DNA from: Promethearchaeia archaeon
GTDB lineage: Archaea; Asgardarchaeota; Lokiarchaeia; Sigyniarchaeales; SOKP01
Reading direction: 5' to 3'
DNA: 64,000 nt
NCBI GenBank assembly: GCA_046483985.1
Contig: JAWOCD010000005.1
Location: forward strand, 30,862 to 94,861
Shown piece by piece: positions 47,362 to 55,944 of the stretch. The position numbers and the translations under genes were made by a program. The notes beneath the pieces are model-generated. The model was given only the letters and a program-made list of their open reading frames with translations, ran no database searches and was not told where the DNA came from. The stretch's first letter is position 1. Each line of letters starts with the position of its first letter.

Positions 47362-48414
47362 TTAATCCAGCAATTTTTCTACTACTTTAGTTGCCTTTCT
47401 TGCATTTTCGGCATAACCGTCTGCCCCTACTTTTTTCCAAAGATCGGGAATCATGTTAAAGGCTTTCCCTCCCACCAGTATCTTTATATCCGAACACTCG
47501 GAAATTCGTATCTTATCAACCAATTGTTTAACTAAATAGATATGATTTATTAAACTACTTGAAATGGCAAGTAAATCCGCGTCTTGCTTTTTTATCATAT
47601 TGAGAATCGAATTACGAGGTGCATTTGCCCCAATATAAAAAACTTTCCAGCCTTCATATTCCAAAAGATTAGAAATCATCTTAATTCCTAATTCATGCTG
47701 TTCTCTTTCAATACATGTAGAGATAATGGTTTTCTTGTCCTTTTCTGGCTTCGATTCGATATTTTTGAATTGACTAATAATTGTATCGGAGATTACGGTG
47801 CTTAAGTGTTCTCGGGCGACAGAGATTTGGTTAATTTCCCAGAGCCTACCGACTTCATATTGAGCGGGTTGAATAACATTCAAATAGATATCTACTAATG
47901 GCACCCCTTCTTGTTCTAATTTTTCGATGATTAAAAACGCCTTTTCTCTATATCCCTTAAGGATGAAGTCTAAATAATCTTGTGCTTCTTTATTATAAGG
48001 ATTATCCATCTTAATAAAACTCAGCGGGACTTTAAGTTCCTCTTGAAAGATATTATTTATTCCAGAAAAGAAGCGATTTAAAATGTCGTGAATTGTTTTT
48101 TCTTTGAATTCTAAATTTAAGATATTTTTGGTCTCTTCCAATGTTATTAAAACTAATTCTCCCGTCAATCCCCGATTTTCTAATACATTTTTTATCCACT
48201 TAACATATTTTTTAAATAATTCGGGTTGATCTAAAAGAATAGCATGGGAAAGATATTCCAAATGGTATGTAAGGTCTTGAAGGGATTGTTGTTTTTTTTT
48301 TTCACCATAGATATTTTCGAGTGCCGATACTCTTTCAAAGATCCTTTCTAAGATGGATTTTGCTAATTTTTCCTTTTGATTTAATAAAATTTCTCCAAAT
48401 TCTTGCTTATCCAT
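47362..48414 (-). CDS. Cobalamin-binding protein with CarH-type photoreceptor signature and an N-terminal helical domain of unknown function
   Basis: It has the B12-binding_2 helix bundle with W-x9-EH (LWEINQISVAREH). The Rossmann B12 domain has E-x-H-x-x-G (EQHELG) 48 residues after the Trp. No MerR or other DNA-binding domain is present. Confidence 0.75.
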   Translation of the reverse strand: MDKQEFGEILLNQKEKLAKSILERIFERVSALENIYGEKKKQQSLQDLTYHLEYLSHAILLDQPELFKKYVKWIKNVLENRGLTGELVLITLEETKNILNLEFKEKTIHDILNRFFSGINNIFQEELKVPLSFIKMDNPYNKEAQDYLDFILKGYREKAFLIIEKLEQEGVPLVDIYLNVIQPAQYEVGRLWEINQISVAREHLSTVISDTIISQFKNIESKPEKDKKTIISTCIEREQHELGIKMISNLLEYEGWKVFYIGANAPRNSILNMIKKQDADLLAISSSLINHIYLVKQLVDKIRISECSDIKILVGGKAFNMIPDLWKKVGADGYAENARKATKVVEKLLD

Positions 48415-48442
48415 TTATAATCAACAACTACCTGTTTACAAT

Positions 48443-48622
48443 TTAAATGAGCATTAAGTGTGTGATCTTCTTTAGATCAACTAATTCCATTAAACCCATA
48501 CGAACCACGTTTTTTCCTCCCCCCGAGAAATATTCTTTAAACTTTTCTGACAGATCTGAGGGTTTTTCCTCCTCCATATTAAACAAGAAAACTGTATCTT
48601 TTGCTTTCCCTAAATCAGACAT
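48443..48622 (-). pseudogene. Truncated third copy of the approximately 120 aa paralog family (N-terminal approximately 53 codons only)
   Basis: It reads MSDLGKAKDTVFLFNMEEEKPSDLSEKFKEYFSGGGKNVVRMGLMELVDLKKI, then diverges and stops. It is about 70% identical to the N-terminus of 46750-47115. Confidence 0.5.
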
Positions 48623-48711
48623 CTAAAATTCTATTGAAATATTATTGTTTCATTATCTAATTATAATATATGATTCAATCATAGTATTTATTATTATACT
48701 GTTAGAAAAAA
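48463..48711. repeat. Direct repeat copy B (partner of 46958-47203)
   Basis: See copy A. The two copies bracket the cobalamin-binding gene. Confidence 0.75.
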
Positions 48712-48873
48712 TCTGGGCATATCGGGACAAGCCAGACCTCGTTACTTTGGAAAAAATTTGACATTAAAAAAAATTTTTAATGGTTAAAGGTTCATTTAAA
48801 GTGATTAAAGGATTTTATATATTTATCATGAAGTTAAGATCGCTTAAGTGTATTAAAAATTTCAAGAGAAAAA

Positions 48874-49788
48874 ATGAACTATCAAAAAGAACTTAAAATT
48901 GCAACAAAATTAGTTCGAAATGCTTCTCAGATAACCAGTTGGTTTAAGGAACGAAGCTTTAGAGAGCTACGGAAGCAAGATAAGACTCCCGTGACTTTGG
49001 CAGATTGGGCTTCCCAAATATATATTATTTCCCAGTTAAAAGAAAGTTTTTCCAATGATCAAATTATTGCTGAAGAGGATAGTTCGGTACTCATCTCAAC
49101 TCTTTCTTCTAATATTCGTAAATGTTACCTTGATTTGAATGTAACAATTGAATCTAATCTTAAAAGCATTTTAAATTATCGAGGTTCAAAGTCTCAGAGA
49201 AAATGGACTATAGACCCTGTGGCGGGAACCAGAGGATTTTGTCTTCCCAATGGAATTTACTGCATTGCTATAGGATTTATGATTGAAAATGACCCAAAAG
49301 TATGCGCAATACATATACCAAATTATAAGGATGGAACCCCTGCAACCTTTCGTGCAATTAAAAATGCTGGAGCTTATGCCTCTTATAAAGGCGGAGAATT
49401 CCAAAAGATTCATGTAAGTTCTCGTTCTAAATTGGATTCTGCCCGAATGTGTCAATCAAAGCATAATTCCGCTCCCGAGATATATAAGTTTGCAGATATG
49501 GTTGGGATATCTGATAAATTAGTTATTGACAGCATGGCAAAATATTGTAAAATCGCTGAGGGGAGTTATGATTTCTATTTACGCCAGAGCAATTTCTACA
49601 ATGGCTCTTGGGACTTTGTTCCTGGAAATCTCCTTGTTCAAGAGGCTGGAGGTAATATGACAGACTTAAAGAATAATTCTTTGCAATTTCATGAGGAATG
49701 CTGTATTTTATCTGCCCCTGGATTTCTTGCTTCGAATGATATGCTCCATGATAGAATTCTGGAAATTTATAATGATAACTTCCTATAA
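48874..49788 (+). CDS. Inositol monophosphatase superfamily, SAL1/HAL2-type 3'(2'),5'-bisphosphate nucleotidase-like
   Basis: It has DKTPVTLADWASQ (SAL1/HAL2-like), AEEDS, WTIDPVAGTRGF and WDFVPGNLLVQEAGG. Confidence 0.75.
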   Translation: MNYQKELKIATKLVRNASQITSWFKERSFRELRKQDKTPVTLADWASQIYIISQLKESFSNDQIIAEEDSSVLISTLSSNIRKCYLDLNVTIESNLKSILNYRGSKSQRKWTIDPVAGTRGFCLPNGIYCIAIGFMIENDPKVCAIHIPNYKDGTPATFRAIKNAGAYASYKGGEFQKIHVSSRSKLDSARMCQSKHNSAPEIYKFADMVGISDKLVIDSMAKYCKIAEGSYDFYLRQSNFYNGSWDFVPGNLLVQEAGGNMTDLKNNSLQFHEECCILSAPGFLASNDMLHDRILEIYNDNFL

Positions 49789-49831
49789 TCTCCCTATTTT
49801 TTCACATAAGTATCCTTTTTGTTTCAAGATT

Positions 49832-50914
49832 TCAGACTTGTATGAAGTTAAGTAAGTTTGTTTGAAAGGTTTCACATTCAGAGAAATTAGAAATTTTTAC
49901 TCCCACTAATCGAATCTTTTTATTAATTTCATGGAATTCCTGATATAATTCTAAAATTTGGTTTAATACTAATTTTTGATTTCTTAAGGGATATAAAAAG
50001 GAAGAAGATCGAGTAAAAGTTTCAAAATCTTCATTTCGTACTTTTAAAGTGATCGTTCTATAGAATATATTCAAATCTCGTGCTTTCTGATGCACCTTGA
50101 GGTTTAGCTTTTCCAAGGTGGAAATGATAAGGTTTTTGTTGGTTACATCTTCTCGAAAGGTTCTTTCTTTACTGATGGATTTGCGTTCATGCTCTTGTTC
50201 TAAAGGTCTCTTATCTGATCCGTTAATCACTTTCCAGATCCATTTTGCCGATTTTCCAAATTTCTCAGTCAATTCATATAATTTAAAATCATAAAAATCA
50301 GAGATCTTTTTTATGCCTTCTCGGTGATAAATCTTTTTGGTCTTCTTTCCAATACCCGGGATCCGCGTTATTTCCATATTTTTAAGAAAATCTTTTATTT
50401 TATCCGAAGGCACACATGTGATCCCTTCTGGCTTTTTAAAGTCTGACGCAATTTTTGCAATAGATTTTGTGGAACCAATTCCAATTGATACGGTAATCCC
50501 AACTTTTCTTTTAACTTCTTCTTGAATTTTTTGGGCAATTTTTCTGGCTTCGCATAAATTTGTACATTTTTCTGTAATTTCAATATAAGCCTCATCAATA
50601 CTGACCTTCTGAAAAATGTCTGTGTATCTTTTGAACACTTTCATGACATTCTTAGACACTTTTGAGTATTTCTGATGATTGGGTCTTAAATAAATCGCGT
50701 GTGGGCATAATTTATATGCTCTTGAGATAGGCATAGCCGAATGTAAGCCATACTCTCTCGCTTCGTAAGAACATGTAGAGACAACACCTCGTCCCTTTCC
50801 TCCTTTTGGGTCTGCCCCAATCACGACCGGTTCCTTTCTATATTCTGGATTATCACGCATTTCAACTGCAGCAAAAAAGCAATCAAGATCGCAGTGCAGA
50901 ATAATCCGACTCAT
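49832..50914 (-). CDS. dinB: DNA polymerase IV (Y-family, Dpo4/DinB)
   Basis: It has ILHCDLDCFFAAVE, SIDEAY and little-finger domain length, in 360 aa. Confidence 0.9.
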   Translation of the reverse strand: MSRIILHCDLDCFFAAVEMRDNPEYRKEPVVIGADPKGGKGRGVVSTCSYEAREYGLHSAMPISRAYKLCPHAIYLRPNHQKYSKVSKNVMKVFKRYTDIFQKVSIDEAYIEITEKCTNLCEARKIAQKIQEEVKRKVGITVSIGIGSTKSIAKIASDFKKPEGITCVPSDKIKDFLKNMEITRIPGIGKKTKKIYHREGIKKISDFYDFKLYELTEKFGKSAKWIWKVINGSDKRPLEQEHERKSISKERTFREDVTNKNLIISTLEKLNLKVHQKARDLNIFYRTITLKVRNEDFETFTRSSSFLYPLRNQKLVLNQILELYQEFHEINKKIRLVGVKISNFSECETFQTNLLNFIQV

Positions 50915-51077
50915 TTTCTGAAAGTAACATTAAATAGGTTTTTCTTTAAAATTTAAAATTTCAAAATGTATTTAAACAAAGAGGGAGGCTCAGATTTCTG
51001 TAAATTTTAATAATCGTTGCTTAGACAATTTTTATTTCAAAATAATTTTTTAGCAAATAATAATTACCTTATTTATA

Positions 51078-51728
51078 ATGGCTAAAGAAAAAAAAATTAG
51101 GAATGAAATAATTAATGCGGGGAAAACGCTCTTTGAAAAAGGCGTTGTCGAAAATAACGAGGGAAATATCAGTGTACGATACGGAAGAAAAGAAGAACTT
51201 TTCATTACTCCGACGGCTAATAATTACCAAAAATGCACACCTGAAGAAATTGTGCACATGGACTTTGACGGAACAGCTTTAAGCAAAGGAAAACTCCCCT
51301 CAACAGAATCAAAATTACATGTTGATCTATATGAGGCACGTAGAAAAGCAAAATGTGTAATTCATACCCATTCACGATATGCTACAATCCTTTCAGTGGT
51401 TCATAAAAGCATCCCCATTATAATGGAAGAACAAATAATCTATTTAGGTGGTTCCATCGATATGGCACCCTATGGCGAAGCCCATACAGAGAATATTGGC
51501 GAGGCTGCGCTTCAAGCCTTAGGAAAGAAGAATGCCGCTCTCTTAGCCAATCATGGGGTGGTGGTTTGCGGAAAATCAGTTGCTAATGCGGTAAAAGCGG
51601 CCGAACTGGTTGAAAAGTTAGCGCAAGTATATTGGGGGGCACTCCAAGTCGGGGAGCCGAACATTATACCCAAAGACCAAACCGAAAAATTCGAGAAGAT
51701 GTTTAATATGTTGTTTCGCGCTAAGTAA
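51078..51728 (+). CDS. Class II aldolase/adducin family protein (FucA/MtnB-like)
   Basis: It has GNISVR, VIHTHS and LANHG zinc-ligand motifs. Confidence 0.8.
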   Translation: MAKEKKIRNEIINAGKTLFEKGVVENNEGNISVRYGRKEELFITPTANNYQKCTPEEIVHMDFDGTALSKGKLPSTESKLHVDLYEARRKAKCVIHTHSRYATILSVVHKSIPIIMEEQIIYLGGSIDMAPYGEAHTENIGEAALQALGKKNAALLANHGVVVCGKSVANAVKAAELVEKLAQVYWGALQVGEPNIIPKDQTEKFEKMFNMLFRAK

Positions 51729-51816
51729 ACCAATTAACCCATAAAAACAATCTTCTTCTTTTTATTTTAAAAAAGAAAATTTAAGATAACATAAAAAAAA
51801 TTTAAAATCAAATAAC

Positions 51817-52662
51817 ATGAATTTAGGAATAAGTTCTTTGGGGCATATTAATCAATATGCCAAAGAAAAGGAATATGACACACTTTTTGACTTATTGTAT
51901 GAGGCAACGAGGGATTGTCTTCTTTATGTGGAAAAACAAAATCTGAATCTCTGTGAGGTTCTCTTGGAGCCGTTGGCTTTGATGAAGGCTCAGGAAAAAC
52001 AAGAATTCATTGAATTATGTAATTCTTTCCATTCAATTAAAAAACAAGTCCATGGCCCCTTTATCAGTGTAAGTTTATGTTCGCATAATAAATTCATTTC
52101 CGACGCATCGATTGAATCCTATGTCCTTGCAGCTGAAGTAGGCGAGCAAATCGGAGCTCAAAATATGACAATTCACCCGGGATTGGTCAGTTTTTTACCA
52201 AAACCTTTGAGAGTTTTCCACCGGGAGAGAATAGAGGCTGCTCTTACAAAATTACTCAAGACGACGAAAAAGTTTGATCTGAAGATCTGTCTGGAAAATA
52301 TGCCAAAAGGTGTTGGAATCTGTTTAAAGCCCGAGGAGATACAAAGGTTTTTGGAACATACGGATATTTATAACCTCTTTTTTACATGGGATACGAGTCA
52401 TTCATGGACAAATGATATAGAGGTATCAAAAATTTGGAAGTTACTTCATCAATACATTAAAAATATCCATATTGTGGATAATTTTGAAAGGGAATCTGAT
52501 ACGCATCCTGCTTTGGGAACCGGAAAAATAGACTTTCGAGAGATTTTTTCATTTATCCAACAATACGATTACACCGGATCTTTAATTTTAGAAATAGGAC
52601 AAGCAAAGGATTTAGATGAAAGTCTCGATTATATCCAACATTATTTATATTCCCCAGTTTAA
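51817..52662 (+). CDS. Xylose isomerase-like TIM barrel protein (sugar phosphate isomerase/epimerase family)
   Basis: The length and the pattern MTIHPG...LENM...WDTSH...HIVDN...GTG.IDF match the AP_endonuc_2 fold. Specific activity is unknown. Confidence 0.6.
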   Translation: MNLGISSLGHINQYAKEKEYDTLFDLLYEATRDCLLYVEKQNLNLCEVLLEPLALMKAQEKQEFIELCNSFHSIKKQVHGPFISVSLCSHNKFISDASIESYVLAAEVGEQIGAQNMTIHPGLVSFLPKPLRVFHRERIEAALTKLLKTTKKFDLKICLENMPKGVGICLKPEEIQRFLEHTDIYNLFFTWDTSHSWTNDIEVSKIWKLLHQYIKNIHIVDNFERESDTHPALGTGKIDFREIFSFIQQYDYTGSLILEIGQAKDLDESLDYIQHYLYSPV

Positions 52663-52704
52663 ATTATATAATATAAAATGATTAACCGAGATAGAGCATA
52701 AAAA

Positions 52705-53100
52705 ATGTCTCCGATAATATCACTTCAAGTCTCCGAAGATCTTCACGAGCGGTTCGAAAAGGTAAGGACTTTAGTGGGGTTTGATTCTAAAAGTGAGGCG
52801 TTACGTGATGCCATCGTAAATTTTATTAAGATCCACGAAGAATTTGAAAATATCGAGGGATATAAGATAATGAATATTAACCTTGTGTATCCCTTTAAAG
52901 AAATTGTGATAGATAGAGTTTCTGAAATCTATACGGAATTTAATAATGTTATCCGAAATGTCTCAGATTGGCGAATCGCTGAAAAAAAAATTGAGATTGT
53001 CCTTGCCGTGGGCGAATTCGGATTAATTCGCGATCTTTATGATAAACTGGCAAAAATTAAACATGTGGTCGTGTCAATTCACGAGATCATTCTGGATTAG
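52705..53100 (+). CDS. NikR-like ribbon-helix-helix regulator lacking the canonical nickel ligands
   Basis: The RHH is ISLQVSEDLHERFEKV...SKSEALRDAIVNFI, followed by an ACT-like C-terminal domain. Positions aligned to E. coli NikR H76/H87/H89/C95 are non-ligand residues. Confidence 0.5.
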   Translation: MSPIISLQVSEDLHERFEKVRTLVGFDSKSEALRDAIVNFIKIHEEFENIEGYKIMNINLVYPFKEIVIDRVSEIYTEFNNVIRNVSDWRIAEKKIEIVLAVGEFGLIRDLYDKLAKIKHVVVSIHEIILD

Positions 53101-53118
53101 TCCAAATCATCCGCTAAT

Positions 53119-54525
53119 TTAATAAAAGTGAAGAGATAGATCCACCTCTTCGGACGGAAACTGAGTTAATCTACTTGAACTTATTACATCTGGTTCTGCT
53201 TCCAAATAAGAGGCCAGATTCTCGAAATTAATCCCCCCCGATACCTCAATTAAGACTTTATTACGCAAACCGTGCTCATTAAGTAGATTAATGGCATTTT
53301 TTACCTCTTCTGGATCCATATTATCCAGCATAATTATATCTGCTCCAATTTTTGCAGCTGTTAATAAATTCTCTACTTTCTCAATTTCAATTTCGATTTT
53401 TTTTGTAAAACTCGCTTTTTCTTTAACAGCTCTTAAAAGCACTTCCACATCACCATTATAATAACGTAAATGTGTATCTTTTAAAAGAATCATATCATCT
53501 AAGGAAAACCGATGGGGATCACCACCCCCGATTTCAATTGCTGCTTTTTCGAAGATGCGAAGTCCAGGGAGAGTTTTTCGTGTTCCTGCAATTTTTGTTT
53601 TTTTCTTCAATTTTTGAGTAAGATTTACATATTTTCTCGTAGTTGACGAGATAGCACTCATATGCGTAAGAAGATTTAATCCAACACGTTCTATTAAAAG
53701 AATATCATGAGCATTTCCGGTTAAGTCAACGATATGATCTCCTTTTTCTATAAAATCACCGTCCCGGTTTTGAAGATCTGATTCTACATTACACATATCG
53801 CATAGAACATTAAAAAATGTTAAACCAGAGATATAACCTTTACTTTTTGCGATAATTTTTGCTTTCACCCTTTCCTCTTCCGGAATAAATGCGGAGCTTA
53901 CATCCTTAAATTGGCAATCTTCTTTCAAATATTCTCTAAGTTTTTCTTTAATCAAGATGATATTATAGTTTTTATCAACAGATTCCTTTACTTCTTTTGG
54001 GAGATTTTCAATTATATGGAGTTTGGTTTCTGGAGTAATTAAACAAACACCCTTCGGTTCTAGGTTCGTCACTTTAAATTTCTGTTTTCTACCTTTCCCC
54101 CTCGAAATAATGAGATTATCATCCAAGGTTATTGGAGTATTCTGGGAATTCTTTTTAATGAGGGATTTAACTTGGGAATTACGTTTTATATCGAAATTTA
54201 AAGCAGTAAGACTAACAGATTTGGCATCTTTTGCTTTAGCCTTTCTAATTCTAACAATGTCTCCTTTTTTAGTTTTCGTATTTTTTCTAAGACGGGAATC
54301 AATCCGAGCAATTTGTAGCCCCTTATCGTCTGGATAATTTGGCCAAACTATTCCCGCACTTTTCTTTTTCCCTTTAATTACAACGATGTCTCCTGTTTCC
54401 AGATTTAAGTTTTTCATTATTTTTTCATCTATTCGAATGATATTTCGACCCTCATCTCGATCTTTAGCGCTTTGAACTTCTAAGATATAAATTTTTTCAT
54501 TATGGTTATTATTGTTTTTCTTCAT
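53119..54525 (-). CDS. nadC: Fusion: Cdc48/VAT N-domain (double-psi barrel plus beta-clam) joined to nicotinate-nucleotide pyrophosphorylase (quinolinate phosphoribosyltransferase)
   Basis: Residues about 12-175 read [58 protein letters not shown]...FKVTNLEPKGVCLITPETKLHI. Residues about 190-468 carry the NadC motifs LLIERVGLNLL, AGTRKTLPGLR, GGGDPHRFSLDDMILLKDTH, IMLDNM and EVSGGI. Confidence 0.8.
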   Translation of the reverse strand: MKKNNNNHNEKIYILEVQSAKDRDEGRNIIRIDEKIMKNLNLETGDIVVIKGKKKSAGIVWPNYPDDKGLQIARIDSRLRKNTKTKKGDIVRIRKAKAKDAKSVSLTALNFDIKRNSQVKSLIKKNSQNTPITLDDNLIISRGKGRKQKFKVTNLEPKGVCLITPETKLHIIENLPKEVKESVDKNYNIILIKEKLREYLKEDCQFKDVSSAFIPEEERVKAKIIAKSKGYISGLTFFNVLCDMCNVESDLQNRDGDFIEKGDHIVDLTGNAHDILLIERVGLNLLTHMSAISSTTRKYVNLTQKLKKKTKIAGTRKTLPGLRIFEKAAIEIGGGDPHRFSLDDMILLKDTHLRYYNGDVEVLLRAVKEKASFTKKIEIEIEKVENLLTAAKIGADIIMLDNMDPEEVKNAINLLNEHGLRNKVLIEVSGGINFENLASYLEAEPDVISSSRLTQFPSEEVDLSLHFY

Positions 54526-54667
54526 TATCTCTTTTCTCTTTCCATTCTCTTTGAATATTGTTCTTAAATTAAAAAAAAGACATTACTGTATAATTATTTA
54601 TTCTAATCCTTTAAACAATTTATATAGTCCAATTGAATTTAATATTTATCTCCCCTTATTTTTAATT

Positions 54668-55312
54668 ATGGTTGTTCTTAAGGATTTATTTATTGATGTT
54701 AACGGCATTCAATTAGAAGCCGAATATCTTCATTCCACCACTGATAATGAATTTGCAGTTATTATTTGTCATCCTCATCCGCAATACGGGGGAAGCATGC
54801 ACAACAATGTGGTTTCAGCCGTTTTTTCTCGGTTAAAGATGGAAAATATCAATTGTCTTCGTTTTAATTTTAGGGGTGTCGGAAACTCTTCTGGATCTCC
54901 TTCTGACGGAGTAGGAGAATTGGAGGATGTAAAAGCATGTGTCGAGTACTTAGTTGGGGAAAAACATTATGAGAAAATATTAATATGCGGCTACTCTTAT
55001 GGCGCTGCGATTGGTTGTTCTGCAGTTAATTATAGTAAACATATTGTTGGTTTTGTAGCAATCTCTTTTCCATGGGATTTTATGGATGAAAATTTCAAGA
55101 AATTATCCCAAACTGGGAAACCGAAATTTTTTATTCAAGGAGATGAAGACTCTATAGCTAAATATAATAGATTTCAAGAACATTATGACGATTATCAAGA
55201 ACCGAAGGAATATACTATAATCAAGGGTGCAAACCACTTTTACAGAAGTTATGAACACCAAGTTGCTGAGGAAGTACACAAATTTATTAAAAAAAATTAT
55301 TCCCTTGATTAA
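54668..55312 (+). CDS. Alpha/beta hydrolase (COG2945-like)
   Basis: It has CHPHPQYGGSMHNNVV, nucleophile elbow GYSYGA and a C-terminal GANHF. ATG 54668 is chosen because the longer ORF from 54512 runs through the divergent promoter. Confidence 0.75.
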   Translation: MVVLKDLFIDVNGIQLEAEYLHSTTDNEFAVIICHPHPQYGGSMHNNVVSAVFSRLKMENINCLRFNFRGVGNSSGSPSDGVGELEDVKACVEYLVGEKHYEKILICGYSYGAAIGCSAVNYSKHIVGFVAISFPWDFMDENFKKLSQTGKPKFFIQGDEDSIAKYNRFQEHYDDYQEPKEYTIIKGANHFYRSYEHQVAEEVHKFIKKNYSLD

Positions 55313-55316
55313 GAAA

Positions 55317-55712
55317 CTAAATTTCTAAAAAATTTCGCAGCAAATTTCTATATTTTTTTAAATTTTCTTTCAAGATATCATAATGCGTAAATCTGCCTTT
55401 TTTCCACCCTCTAATTAATTCAATATTTTCAAGAATTCGGAGATGATGAGAGATTGTCGGTTGTGATTTATCTAAATATGCTTCCAATTCGCAAACGCAG
55501 CGATCCTTTTCCTTTAAGATCTCAAAAATTTTTAAACGATCTTCATTTCCCAATGCATTACAGAATCTCAAAACTTTTTGAAAATCTGTGTCCTTTGGAA
55601 TTTTTCTACCTTTTTCTTGGAGATTCTGATAATATTCTACGAGGTCTCTATTTTTTAAATCTATACATCCTTTAAGTGTCTCAATTATCTCTTGTTTTCT
55701 ATCTTTTCTCAT
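55317..55712 (-). CDS. ArsR/SmtB family transcriptional regulator
   Basis: It has the wHTH CVCELEAYLDKSQPTISHHLRILENIELI. Confidence 0.8.
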   Translation of the reverse strand: MRKDRKQEIIETLKGCIDLKNRDLVEYYQNLQEKGRKIPKDTDFQKVLRFCNALGNEDRLKIFEILKEKDRCVCELEAYLDKSQPTISHHLRILENIELIRGWKKGRFTHYDILKENLKKYRNLLRNFLEI

Positions 55713-55944
55713 TTGACAGTCAATTAGTAGTATTTGTTTTTTACTTCTAATATATTATTATATCTTTTAATATTAAATTTATTTTTATCAATTCAAATCG
55801 AAGCACTTAAATCCAAATAACAATATCAATGAATTAAAATATATAATACAAAAACAAAAAAATGTTTGAAAATGCCTAAAAGTAAAAAGAATTATGAAAT
55901 TATAATTGAAAAAGAAATTGATAGAGATCATTAGGGTGATAAAT

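Noticed and set aside
54512-54667. A 52-codon N-terminal extension of the alpha/beta hydrolase ORF (MFFFIISFLFPFSL...).
   Set aside because: It overlaps the start of the divergent nadC-fusion gene and crosses AT-rich promoter DNA. The hydrolase fold begins right after the internal ATG at 54668.
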